A DNA stretch of 64,000 nucleotides, taken from positions 23,172 to 87,171 of the forward strand of contig JBBIHY010000011.1 of NCBI GenBank assembly GCA_037446695.1, written 5' to 3'. Under the pieces are notes generated by a model that was given only the letters and a program-made list of their open reading frames with translations, was not told the origin of the DNA and did not search any database. The position numbers and the translations under genes were made by a program. The stretch comes from Bacteroidota bacterium. GTDB taxonomy: Bacteria; Bacteroidota; Bacteroidia; Bacteroidales; PUMT01. Shown here in pieces: positions 10,213 to 19,776 of the stretch (the stretch's first letter is position 1; each line of letters starts with the position of its first letter).

Positions 10213-10956
10213 ATGGAGCTGTTAAGTAAACCGGAAAAACGCGGGTTTCACCGGTATTATCCTGCCGGAGATTGGTATTGAAGGGCAGAAATTACTAAAG
10301 AAATCAGGTGTGCTACTTATTGGCGCAGGCGGACTTGGGGCCCCGGTTCTCCAATACCTGGCCTCAGCCGGAATTGGCCGGATTGGTATTATGGACGATG
10401 ATAAAGTGGAGGAGAAAAACCTGCAGGGGCCGGTATTATAAGGCGACAGGGATTTGGGCAAGCACAAAGCCATTATTGCCAAGACAAGGCTCGAGCGGTT
10501 GACCTCCCTTGTGAATTTCCAGATTTTCAATTTCAGGCTGAGAAAGGAAAATACAGGCGAATTTATCTCAAAATATGATTTTATCGTGGATGCATCAGAT
10601 AACCTGGAGACCCATTTTCTGATCAATGACACTTGCATAAAGCAGAACAAGTAATGCCTTATGCTTCTGCCGGGGGTTTTAAAAAAGTTGTATTCATATT
10701 TAACTACAATAACGGTCCATCCTTCCGGTGTGACTGGGAATCTGGTGTTATTTTCACCGTGTAGCATCCAAAAGTAAATGGAATGCTCGGCGTATTTTCA
10801 TGAATTACAGGTGCCAATGAAGCCTGTGAATTGATTATAGCTGTTTTGGGGCGGAAGGATGTACTTTCAGGTGAAGCACTCAGGATTGATATTCTGATAA
10901 CGGAGTTTTTGAAAGTTCCCGTGATAAAAAACAACAGAAATTTCGAAATCCTATAA
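10213..10956 (+). pseudogene. moeB: decayed moeB/thiF-family adenylyltransferase (E1-like) gene
   Basis: Stitching two reading frames gives ..[57 protein letters not shown].., ..YDFIVDASDNLETHFLINDTC.., ..YASAGGF..VFIFNYNNGPSFRC.. and ..GMLGVF..GANEACELI..LSGEALRIDIL.. The reading is interrupted by frameshifts near 10250 and 10655 and by in-frame stops at 10439, 10652, 10762 and 10801. Confidence 0.85.
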
Positions 10957-11069
10957 TCTTCTTTCTCCAACTGTATTCATCCTGACAGTATTGCCACACC
11001 CATACTTTAATAGACATACATTTCTACAAAATCATTAATTTTGCTTCATATTAACCAAATTTTACAGAA

Positions 11070-11774
11070 ATGAGACTACTATTGATCAGTAATTCCACAA
11101 ATGCAGGAGAAGCCTATCTTGATTATCCAAAGAATCATATCCGTGATTTTCTTGGCAGTAAGCCTGTAAAAGGACTTTTTATTCCATACGCGGGTGTTAC
11201 TGTTAAGTTTGATGATTATGCAAAAAAGGTGTCTGACCGCTTCAGGGAAACAGGACACGACATTGACCCCGTTCATTTGCATAAGGACCCTGTAAAAGCT
11301 GTGAATGAAGCAGAAGCAATTATTGTGGGAGGAGGAAATACTTTTCAGTTATTGAAAATGGTAAAAGAAAACGGCCTTATTGAACCCATTAGAAAAAAGG
11401 TTCTTGAAGGAACTCCCTATGTAGGATGGAGTGCCGGCTCAAATCTAACCTGCCCGACCATAAAAACCACCAACGACATGCCTATTGTTGAACCCGCAGG
11501 ATTTAGCGCACTTAACCTGGTGAAATTCCAGATTAATCCGCACTACCTCGATGCTAATCCCGAAGGCCATGCCGGTGAAACCCGCGAGGCAAGAATTGAG
11601 GAATTCATAGAGGTAAACCCGGGTGTTTATGTAGTGGGGCTCAGGGAAGGAACTATGTTCCTCCTGGAAAATGGTAAAATCAGGCTGATAGGTCCTCGTA
11701 ACGCAAGAATCTTTCTTAAAGGCCAGGCACCCAAAGAACTTTCATCTTCAGATGATTTTAGCTTTTTGCTATAA
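11070..11774 (+). CDS. pepE: dipeptidase E (peptidase S51)
   Basis: The 234-aa ORF matches the S51 pattern (MRLLLISNS, VGGGNTFQLL, GWSAGSN nucleophile region, QINPHY). Confidence 0.88.
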   Translation: MRLLLISNSTNAGEAYLDYPKNHIRDFLGSKPVKGLFIPYAGVTVKFDDYAKKVSDRFRETGHDIDPVHLHKDPVKAVNEAEAIIVGGGNTFQLLKMVKENGLIEPIRKKVLEGTPYVGWSAGSNLTCPTIKTTNDMPIVEPAGFSALNLVKFQINPHYLDANPEGHAGETREARIEEFIEVNPGVYVVGLREGTMFLLENGKIRLIGPRNARIFLKGQAPKELSSSDDFSFLL

Positions 11775-11790
11775 CAAAACCCCGTCAATG

Positions 11791-11817
11791 AACCAGGCTC
11801 AAAGGCCTGGTTTTTTT
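11791..11817 (+). terminator. rho-independent terminator after pepE
   Basis: The stem AACCAGGC/GCCTGGTT is followed by T7. Confidence 0.75.
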
Positions 11818-11889
11818 ATGTCATGCAAACACTTTTGATCTTACCTTTGCGTTTCATAAGGAAGATTTTGGTTCATATACTTTTTCATC

Positions 11890-14553
11890 ATGAAGTTTTT
11901 CAGGAGGTTTGTCATATTTCTTTTTATTCTCATTCTTGTTATTATTTCAGCAGGTATTGCTGTATCCTATTTGTATGCCGACGAGGTAAAGCAAAGGATT
12001 ATCGGAGAAATCAATAAAAACCTCAGGGCCGAAATAGCTGTTGAGGATATAAGGTTTTCTGTTCTTCGCAAATTTCCGAATGCCTCGCTTGAGTTTAAGA
12101 ATATATTAATTCGTCCGGTAAGGGAATTCAATAAGAGAGATTTCCCGGAACGAACAGCAGACACGCTCCTATATGCAGGCAGCTTTTTTTTGGAATTCAA
12201 TCTCAGAAGTCTTCTCACAAGGAATTATGTTCTCACCAGTCTGCATCTAACTAACGGAAATGCAAATGTGTTGCTGGATCAGAGAGGCATTGAAAATTTC
12301 CGGTTCTGGGACAGTGGAGGGGAAAGCAGAGAAGATTTCCGAATAGACCTTCAGGATGTAAAATTGAACAATGTCAATCTTTACTTTTCTGATTTGCAAA
12401 ACGATATTAACCTGCATGCCCAAATAACCAGGCTTTATCTGAAAGGGAATTTTTCTGCGTATCAGTATAATTTGCAGGCAACCACAGATTTTACAATTGA
12501 TTCCCTGTATTATGAAGAATTTATTCTGAACGGTCCGCTCCCTGTTTACGCGGCAATGGAACTCGATGTGCTTGGCGACCTTTATAAAATTACGAAGGGG
12601 AATCTGCAACTTGGCAAAATGAAATTTCTTGCTGAAGGTGAGTATTTTGGAGCTGGAATCAACCGGATTGACATCGGGATTGTAGGGGACGGGCTGGATT
12701 TAAAATATGCCGGTTCTTTTTTGTCGGGTGAGTACCTGAGATTTTTCCAGGAGTATAACCCATACGGACTGATGGTTTTCAATGCCAGACTAAAGGGTAG
12801 GTACAGCAGGCATGAACGTCCGGAACTGAAAGGTGATTTTGCCCTTCAGGATGCTGGATTAAGCCGCAGGGGGATAAAAACCCGGCTGCACCAACTGGCA
12901 GTAAAAGGATCGTTTTCCAACGGGCCTCTCAGAAATCCTCTTTCTTATGTGTTCGAACTCGAATCTTTTTCAGGCTACATGGGAAATTCCGCTTTCAGGG
13001 GAGACATGAAAATTGAAAATTTGATTACTCCTTACTTAAAAGGATATTTGTTTTTTGACGGGGCAATGGACGAACTGGCTGATTTTTATAAACCCGATGA
13101 TATTGAGAAAATTTCCGGAAAAATGAAGGTGAGTGTTCAGGTGAATGGTTACCTGAATAACCTGTCAGAACTTTCCCTTGAAAGCCTTCCCCAGTCCATA
13201 CCTGAAGTAAAAGTTGAAATAAGCAACGGAACGCTGTTTCTGAAGGAAGGACCATGGCAGTTTGAATCCATAAACGGGCGTATGCATCTTACCAGGAAAC
13301 TAATACTTGACAACCTTGCTTTTATCAACAGGGGGAATAGCTTTGTTGTGAGCGGAGAGCTATATTCAGACGGGGTGTATGTTTTTCGCAAAGGGGCAGT
13401 TCTCAACCTGAAGGGAACCGTGCATTCGGATTACCTGAATCTGGATGTACTTCTGCCCGATCCTGATTCCAGGCCAGATGAGAAAAAGCTGCTGGTATTT
13501 CCCGAAAAGCTGAACTCCTCGGTATTTTTTTCCTGTAATGAGGTTATTTTCAGGAACTTCAAGGCCAAAAATATCAAAGGAAATGTAAGTTATAAGCCCA
13601 GGATGTTTACACTCAACTCCATTTCCTTTCAATCTATGCAGGGTAACGCCGCCGGCGGCGGAGCAATTATTCAGAATTTGAACCATGATTTTCTGTTCCA
13701 GGCTCAAACCAGTTTTCAAAATATCAATATCAGTGATTTGTTTCACTCTTTCAATGAATTCGGGCAAACATTTATTACCAGCAAGCACCTGCGGGGTTCA
13801 CTTTCGGGGACACTGAACTTCATCTCTGAATGGAACAATGATTTTGACCTGGTTACCGAAAAAACAGTGGCCGACAGCAGGTTGCTCATAACAGGTGGCG
13901 AGCTCGTCAATTTTGAGCCAATGAACGCACTTTCAGGATTCATTGAAGTTGATGAATTAAAGCACATAAGGTTTTCAAAACTCGAAAATGAGATTTTTAT
14001 CAGGAATCAAATTGTTACCATACCCAAAATGGATATTCAGTCCTCTGCTTTCACCATCACTCTTTCAGGTACACATAATTTTGATAATCAGTTTACTTAC
14101 CGGATGCGGGTATTATTATCCGATGTACTTTTCGCAAAGGCACGCAGGGCAAAAAAGGAGAACGAACAATATGCTGTACAGGATGATGGACTGGGTCGCC
14201 CAACACTTCCCCTGATTATTGCCGGCACCCCCGATAACTTTAAAATAAATTATGACAGGAGAGCCGCTGCCGAAATTATCCGACAGGGATTTGAAGAAGA
14301 AAGAAAAACCCTGAGGCGTATGCTGAACGAAGAATTCGGCTGGTTCTCCCGTGATTCAGCTTCGGTAAAATCAGTTGAAACGCCTCAGCAAACACCTGTT
14401 TACAAAATTGAGTGGGAGGAAGTTGACACAATTAAACCAGGAAAATCTGCAACCAAACAGACAGAGAAGCAGGAACTTCCAAAAAAGAAATTTCAGATTA
14501 CCTGGGAAGAAGAGGAATTGCCAGATACCACGAAACGAAAGAAAAGTTCTTAA
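11890..14553 (+). CDS. AsmA-family outer-membrane assembly/lipid-transport-like protein
   Basis: The 887-aa ORF has an N-terminal TM anchor and an AsmA-like N-terminal pattern (KQRIIGEINKNLRAEIAVEDIRFSVLRKFPNASLEFKNI). A long beta-rich body follows, then a K/E-rich tail. Confidence 0.7.
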   Translation: MKFFRRFVIFLFILILVIISAGIAVSYLYADEVKQRIIGEINKNLRAEIAVEDIRFSVLRKFPNASLEFKNILIRPVREFNKRDFPERTADTLLYAGSFFLEFNLRSLLTRNYVLTSLHLTNGNANVLLDQRGIENFRFWDSGGESREDFRIDLQDVKLNNVNLYFSDLQNDINLHAQITRLYLKGNFSAYQYNLQATTDFTIDSLYYEEFILNGPLPVYAAMELDVLGDLYKITKGNLQLGKMKFLAEGEYFGAGINRIDIGIVGDGLDLKYAGSFLSGEYLRFFQEYNPYGLMVFNARLKGRYSRHERPELKGDFALQDAGLSRRGIKTRLHQLAVKGSFSNGPLRNPLSYVFELESFSGYMGNSAFRGDMKIENLITPYLKGYLFFDGAMDELADFYKPDDIEKISGKMKVSVQVNGYLNNLSELSLESLPQSIPEVKVEISNGTLFLKEGPWQFESINGRMHLTRKLILDNLAFINRGNSFVVSGELYSDGVYVFRKGAVLNLKGTVHSDYLNLDVLLPDPDSRPDEKKLLVFPEKLNSSVFFSCNEVIFRNFKAKNIKGNVSYKPRMFTLNSISFQSMQGNAAGGGAIIQNLNHDFLFQAQTSFQNINISDLFHSFNEFGQTFITSKHLRGSLSGTLNFISEWNNDFDLVTEKTVADSRLLITGGELVNFEPMNALSGFIEVDELKHIRFSKLENEIFIRNQIVTIPKMDIQSSAFTITLSGTHNFDNQFTYRMRVLLSDVLFAKARRAKKENEQYAVQDDGLGRPTLPLIIAGTPDNFKINYDRRAAAEIIRQGFEEERKTLRRMLNEEFGWFSRDSASVKSVETPQQTPVYKIEWEEVDTIKPGKSATKQTEKQELPKKKFQITWEEEELPDTTKRKKSS

Positions 14554-14576
14554 TTTTAGGTTTTAAAGCCGGAAAA

Positions 14577-15725
14577 TTGAATCTCTACTACAGGAAACAA
14601 CTTTGGAAGGTCAGCCTCTTATTGCTTGCCATAATTGTGGCTGCACTATCCCTTCTATATACCAACAGGTTGGTGAAATCTCTTGCTGTAGAGGAAAGAA
14701 ACAGAATTGAACTATGGGCTGAGGCAACCAGGGAACTTATCACTTCCGAAGGCCCCGGCGCTGACTTGTCTTTTATTTTAAGGGTAATACAAAACAATGA
14801 GACAATTCCGGTAATGGTAACCAATGAAAATGGCGAAATCCTGTATCATCGTAACCTGGACGAGCAAAAAGCAAGGGACAGTATCTTTCTGCAAAAAGCA
14901 TTGCAGAAAATGAGGACAGAGAACCCGCCTATTTTACTGCCCATTGATGATGATCAAACACAGAGGATTTATTATGGAGATTCTCTGGTCTTAAAACTTC
15001 TTATTTATTATCCTCTTTTGCAGTTTGCGGTTGCAGCACTTTTCATCGCACTTGCCTACCTTGCATTCAGTGCAGCCCGAAAGGCTGAACAGAACCAGGT
15101 ATGGGTGGGCTTGTCGAAGGAAACAGCACATCAGTTGGGCACACCTACCTCAAGTCTCATGGCATTGGCCGAATTACTCAGGGAACAAGCCATTGATTCA
15201 CAGACAAAAATCGAACTGGAAAAAGATATCAGAAGACTTGAAAAAATCACCGACCGCTTTTCAAAAATTGGTTCCAAACCAGTGCTGGAACCTGTTGACC
15301 TTGTTGAAGCAGTCGGTCATGCACTGGACTATGTTAAGAACCGGGTTTCAAGTGCTATTCGTTTTGAATTTATAGCCCCTGAAAAAAACATCCCGGTGCC
15401 ACTGAATGTCTCTTTATTTGATTGGGTGATTGAAAATCTCTGCAAAAATTCTGTGGACTCCCTGAATGGGGATGGCTCTGTCAGGGTTTTGATTAGTGAA
15501 TACTCCAGACTGGTCCACATCGATGTTGCAGATAACGGAAAGGGTATTCCTAAATTTCTTTTTAAAGCGGTATTTAAGCCGGGGTTTACTACCAAAAGTA
15601 AAGGCTGGGGTCTGGGATTATCCCTGGCAAAAAGAATCATTGAAATGTATCACGGCGGAAAGATTTTTGTTTTAAACTCTGAGCCCAATGTGAATACAAC
15701 CATTCGCATTGTTTTATATAAATAA
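14577..15725 (+). CDS. sensor histidine kinase
   Basis: The start codon is TTG. There are two TM segments, an H-box (ETAHQLGTPTSSL), an N-box (NLCKNSVDS), G1 (DNGKGIP) and G2 (GWGLGL). Confidence 0.85.
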   Translation: MNLYYRKQLWKVSLLLLAIIVAALSLLYTNRLVKSLAVEERNRIELWAEATRELITSEGPGADLSFILRVIQNNETIPVMVTNENGEILYHRNLDEQKARDSIFLQKALQKMRTENPPILLPIDDDQTQRIYYGDSLVLKLLIYYPLLQFAVAALFIALAYLAFSAARKAEQNQVWVGLSKETAHQLGTPTSSLMALAELLREQAIDSQTKIELEKDIRRLEKITDRFSKIGSKPVLEPVDLVEAVGHALDYVKNRVSSAIRFEFIAPEKNIPVPLNVSLFDWVIENLCKNSVDSLNGDGSVRVLISEYSRLVHIDVADNGKGIPKFLFKAVFKPGFTTKSKGWGLGLSLAKRIIEMYHGGKIFVLNSEPNVNTTIRIVLYK

Positions 15726-15728
15726 AAA

Positions 15729-16982
15729 ATGTCCCCGCAGAAAAAAAACAAAAAGTTTGAACTACTTGCCCCGGCTGGGTCATATGAGTCTCTCATGGCT
15801 GCCATACAGGGTGGGGCTGATGCAGTATATTTTGGTGCCGGTGAATTAAATATGCGTGCGCATTCCAGCAGGAGTTTTAGCCTGAATGATCTGAAAAGAA
15901 TTGCAGGTATAGCTACAAAAAACGGGGTTCGCGCTTATCTGACGGTGAATACCGTGGTTTATGATGAAGAGGTTTCCCGGATGAAGAAAATTGTAACAGC
16001 GGCCAAAAAAGCAGGTATTTCAGCTATAATTGCATCCGACCAGTCTGTTATACACTATGCCCGTTCCCATGACATGCCGGTACACATTTCTACCCAGGTG
16101 AATATAAGCAACTCGGAGGCTGTGAGGTTTTACTCCGATTTCGCCGATGTAATGGTGCTTGCCAGGGAATTGAATCTCAAACAGGTGAAGAAAATAGCAG
16201 GGACCATTATAAAGCAACAAATCAAGGGCCCGTCAGGAAATCCTGTCCGCCTTGAGATGTTTGTGCATGGTGCTTTATGCATGTCCGTTTCAGGCAAATG
16301 TTACCTCAGCCTGCATGAGCACAACCATTCGGCAAACAGGGGAGCCTGCCTGCAATCCTGTCGAAGGGCATACCTTGTGGAGGATAAGGAAACTGGTACT
16401 CAACTGGAAATTGAGAATGAATTCATTATGTCGCCCAAGGACCTGTGTACTATTGGGTTCCTTGATAAAATAATGGGAGCAGGAGCCACAGTTTTCAAAA
16501 TTGAAGGAAGAGCCCGCTCTCCTGAGTATGTGAAGACCGTGACACAATGCTACAGGGAGGCAATTGATTCAGTGATGGAAGGAACCTATTCCCGGGAGAA
16601 AATTGAAAACTGGAACAGCCGTTTGAATTCAGTTTTCAACCGTGGATTCTGGGATGGATATTACCTGGGAAAAAGGATGGGAGAATGGAATGATTCCTAT
16701 GGATCAAAAGCCAGTAAAAAGAAAGTCTATATTGGCAAAAACACTAATTATTATTCGAAAATAGGTGTTGCCGAATTCCTGATTGAAAACAAAACCCTGA
16801 AACAGGGAGATGAAGTTCTAATTATTGGACCCTCCACCGGTGTGGTGGAGGTAATCATTGATGAAATCAGGACAAGTGAAGGCCCTCGGGAGTTGGTTAA
16901 GAAAGGAGATGTCTGTGCCTTTAAAGTAAAAGAGCTTATCAGGAAATCTGATAAACTCTATAAGCTGGTTGAGGTGAAATAG
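15729..16982 (+). CDS. peptidase U32 family protein
   Basis: The 417-aa ORF has the U32 N-terminal pattern (ELLAPAGSYESLMAAIQGGADAVYFG) and a conserved Cys-rich region (CMSVSGKCYLS). Confidence 0.88.
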   Translation: MSPQKKNKKFELLAPAGSYESLMAAIQGGADAVYFGAGELNMRAHSSRSFSLNDLKRIAGIATKNGVRAYLTVNTVVYDEEVSRMKKIVTAAKKAGISAIIASDQSVIHYARSHDMPVHISTQVNISNSEAVRFYSDFADVMVLARELNLKQVKKIAGTIIKQQIKGPSGNPVRLEMFVHGALCMSVSGKCYLSLHEHNHSANRGACLQSCRRAYLVEDKETGTQLEIENEFIMSPKDLCTIGFLDKIMGAGATVFKIEGRARSPEYVKTVTQCYREAIDSVMEGTYSREKIENWNSRLNSVFNRGFWDGYYLGKRMGEWNDSYGSKASKKKVYIGKNTNYYSKIGVAEFLIENKTLKQGDEVLIIGPSTGVVEVIIDEIRTSEGPRELVKKGDVCAFKVKELIRKSDKLYKLVEVK

Positions 16983-17293
16983 TAGAATAATTTCCAGTCT
17001 GAAGGCTGTTTTGAAGCAACTCATTACTTTTAATTTCTGCTTCCAGCAGAGATTAAATGCCTGGATGCTCAGCACCTGTATTATAGTTCAGCACAATGCT
17101 GGAAATAGCAATCATAAAAGTTGGGGAAATTGAAACAATTGTATGGTATGAACAATAATCGTCCCCCTAATTAAGGGCTTCATATTCCACAACTTGTCTT
17201 TAGTTTTCAATCAATTACTGTGCATTGATATCAGTTTAAAACAGAACAGGCAGAAAAAAATGTAAGGATTAGTTTTTCATATAGAGAGAACCT

Positions 17294-17322
17294 TTGGGGA
17301 GTAACCCCAATTTTATTTTTTT
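17294..17322 (+). terminator. orphan plus-strand rho-independent terminator
   Basis: The hairpin TTGGGG-AGTAA-CCCCAA is followed by TTTTATTTTTTT. It lies about 310 nt downstream of the nearest plus-strand gene. Confidence 0.55.
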
Positions 17323-17400
17323 ACTCGTTCAGTAGTGAAAAAGAGTGTAACAATTCTTCTAATATGATCTGTAAATCATTATCCCTTAAAATAAAAAATG

Positions 17401-18090
17401 CTAATTCCTGATAGAATCGTAATATTCCAATACCATGGCAACCTCCTCTGGATTTCTAATACTTAATTTGTTTGATTTAATAAAGGATAAAACCTCTTTA
17501 TTTCTGTCCTTTAGGACTGCCAGCAAATGTTTTTCCTTTAAGGGTATTTTGCTGGAAATACCTTCAGGGCTAACAATCCAGTAAACACTAACTGGGGCGT
17601 ACCTTTTTTCAATTTTGGATTGGCTGTAACCAGGAACAATCTCCTCAGACAGCCTGATAGAAATCTTTTCAAGGAGTTTTGACTGACCATCATAGTGGAC
17701 AATATAATAAGCCAGAGGATTATACTTCTCTCCCACATTCCAGAAACCATTCCTGAAAACTATCTCATTGAAGCCGGACTCAGGGAGAAACACACATTTT
17801 CTAACCACAGAATTTTTTAAAACAAAAATTTCTCCTTCATGCAATACTTCGAATAAATCATCAAGTGCGTTGTACCTGAGTTTTAGTTCGGTAGTTCGCT
17901 CTGACATGGCATTCTCAACAAATCCGGTTCTCCATTCTTCATTAAAATAAGCAGAACCTGAAATTTCAATTTTTTTGGAAGTTTGAATTGCCCTGCCTGT
18001 TGTAAACTCGGTAATAAATTGTGCTGAGGTGGGCAGATGGGATAAAAAAAATATTGTTGCAGTAAAATAAAAATAGGATATTATTTTCAT
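17401..18090 (-). CDS. secreted hypothetical protein
   Basis: The 229-aa ORF has a signal peptide (MKIISYFYFTATIFFLSHLPTSAQ). I recognise no motif. Confidence 0.6.
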   Translation of the reverse strand: MKIISYFYFTATIFFLSHLPTSAQFITEFTTGRAIQTSKKIEISGSAYFNEEWRTGFVENAMSERTTELKLRYNALDDLFEVLHEGEIFVLKNSVVRKCVFLPESGFNEIVFRNGFWNVGEKYNPLAYYIVHYDGQSKLLEKISIRLSEEIVPGYSQSKIEKRYAPVSVYWIVSPEGISSKIPLKEKHLLAVLKDRNKEVLSFIKSNKLSIRNPEEVAMVLEYYDSIRN

Positions 18091-18138
18091 GGTTGAATGG
18101 TAAAAAAGAAAACTTAAAAAACAAAATTAGAGAATATT

Positions 18139-18846
18139 CTATAACCTGCCAATCTCATTCAGGTACATATCCCGGATTTGTTTCATTCGTTCGGGTGACT
18201 GGTCCCTGTCAAAAATCCGCACAAAATCCAGAATCATATTTTCACGGTACATATAACCGATTGCAGCATCAAATATCTTGTTGTCAATGTTGTGCTTTAT
18301 CTTCATGGTGATATCGTAAAACTCCTTCCATTTTAACCTCTTTGGAAGCAGGATAAAATACTGCTCAGTTTGAACCAGGTTTTTAAAAATTCCTTCATCA
18401 ACTTCTGCTATCTTAAAATACTTGTTCAGGACAATCCTGCCGGATTCATGAATTTTTTTGGCCCGGGCAAACTTAATTCCCTTATCCTTCAAAAGAGCCT
18501 GTATCCTGGCGATGTGGTCAAAGCACGACAACCCGATTAGTCTAATACAATGGTATTTTTTTGTGTAAATTCTGATATACCCTGTGGTTGCATCACAGGA
18601 AAAACCGGTTTCCTTTTTCAGCTTTCCAATTGTCCTGCTCAATGCTACCCTGTTGTATTTTTTGTCGGTAATAATAAAAATGGACCTGGGCACAGAATCA
18701 TTTGGTATGTCTTGCCCGAAATATCCTGGAAAGGGTTCGCTGTTCTCCAGAACAAGTGTGTTTGGCATGATATTATAATCAATACTGGAAAGAGTTTCTT
18801 CTTTGATAATTCTTCCCAGGGTTTCTATCGTTTCCTGTGGTTTCAT
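18139..18846 (-). CDS. uncharacterised protein, paralog A (internally duplicated module)
   Basis: The 235-aa ORF is collinear with the neighbouring 231-aa ORF and shares the motif NTLVLENSxPFPGYxG. The motif FDAxxG..(I/V)RI occurs in both halves. Confidence 0.7.
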   Translation of the reverse strand: MKPQETIETLGRIIKEETLSSIDYNIMPNTLVLENSEPFPGYFGQDIPNDSVPRSIFIITDKKYNRVALSRTIGKLKKETGFSCDATTGYIRIYTKKYHCIRLIGLSCFDHIARIQALLKDKGIKFARAKKIHESGRIVLNKYFKIAEVDEGIFKNLVQTEQYFILLPKRLKWKEFYDITMKIKHNIDNKIFDAAIGYMYRENMILDFVRIFDRDQSPERMKQIRDMYLNEIGRL

Positions 18847-18988
18847 AGCAATTGGTTGAAATGAACGGTATTCTTGATCAGACAGGAATAGCCAAAATAC
18901 AACAAAAAAGGAATCAAATCAAGCAGATACCTCTTTTTAGATTCGAAATAAGGAAAAAAAGCCTCAATCCGGTTTCGTGACCTGATTT

Positions 18989-19684
18989 TCACTTTCTTGC
19001 CAATTCATCAAGATATTTACTCCTGATTTCGGATAACAAATGAACACCGGGCTCCTTCGTAAAAATCCTAATCATATCCGTAATGGTTTTCCCGTAAAGA
19101 ATGCCAAGTGCCGAATCAAAATTGTAAATCTCTACATTCTGTTTAATGAAGGCAGTTGCCTTTTCAAATGCCGGCCATTCGGGCTTGGTCGGAATTTTCA
19201 GGTAAAACATCATAGGGTTCTCGGTGTCCCTGAAAATATTGTCTCCAAATTGATCCAGGGTAAAATGTTTGTAAACTTTAATTAAAGCCTGATCACGGAT
19301 GGATTTTTTCTTGTGGAATTTAATGCCTTTTTCCAGTAACTCCTGTTGAAGGTGGGAAATGTAGGCGAAACTCTCCAGGTCTTTAATACGGATAAAATGC
19401 AGGAGTTCGTTCTGCATTGTGGTTTCCCCGAAGGATGCATCAAAACGGTGAGGGAAGCTTCTTCTTATTTCACAGGCCTTTCTGATGATATCATCGCCCT
19501 GGTATTTTTGATCAGTGACAAAAAACAGATAATTCGGCTTGGTGTCAAGGGGGATATTATTGCCGTGATAACCGGGAAATGGAGCAGAATTCTCCAGTAC
19601 CAGGGTATTTATCAGAGTATTATCTGTAACTGTGCGTAATTCCTCCATTTTCAGAATATAACCGAAACCTTCCAGCTTTTTCAT
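18989..19684 (-). CDS. uncharacterised protein, paralog B (internally duplicated module)
   Basis: The 231-aa ORF is a full-length paralog of 18139-18846. It contains RFDASFG..FIRI and NFDSALG..MIRI. Confidence 0.7.
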   Translation of the reverse strand: MKKLEGFGYILKMEELRTVTDNTLINTLVLENSAPFPGYHGNNIPLDTKPNYLFFVTDQKYQGDDIIRKACEIRRSFPHRFDASFGETTMQNELLHFIRIKDLESFAYISHLQQELLEKGIKFHKKKSIRDQALIKVYKHFTLDQFGDNIFRDTENPMMFYLKIPTKPEWPAFEKATAFIKQNVEIYNFDSALGILYGKTITDMIRIFTKEPGVHLLSEIRSKYLDELARK

Positions 19685-19776
19685 TTTTTTGTAGTTTGAA
19701 CTTTAACAAAGGTATAAAAATATTTATCAAACTACATAGTTTGAAGGGTTCATATGATAGCAGACAGGGAGGTTTT

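Noticed and set aside
10222-10767. 181-aa minus-strand ORF (plus 10704-10970 minus) from the ORF track.
   Set aside because: It lies antisense to a clearly recognisable, though decayed, moeB/thiF reading on the plus strand. It has no motifs and its composition is an antisense artefact.
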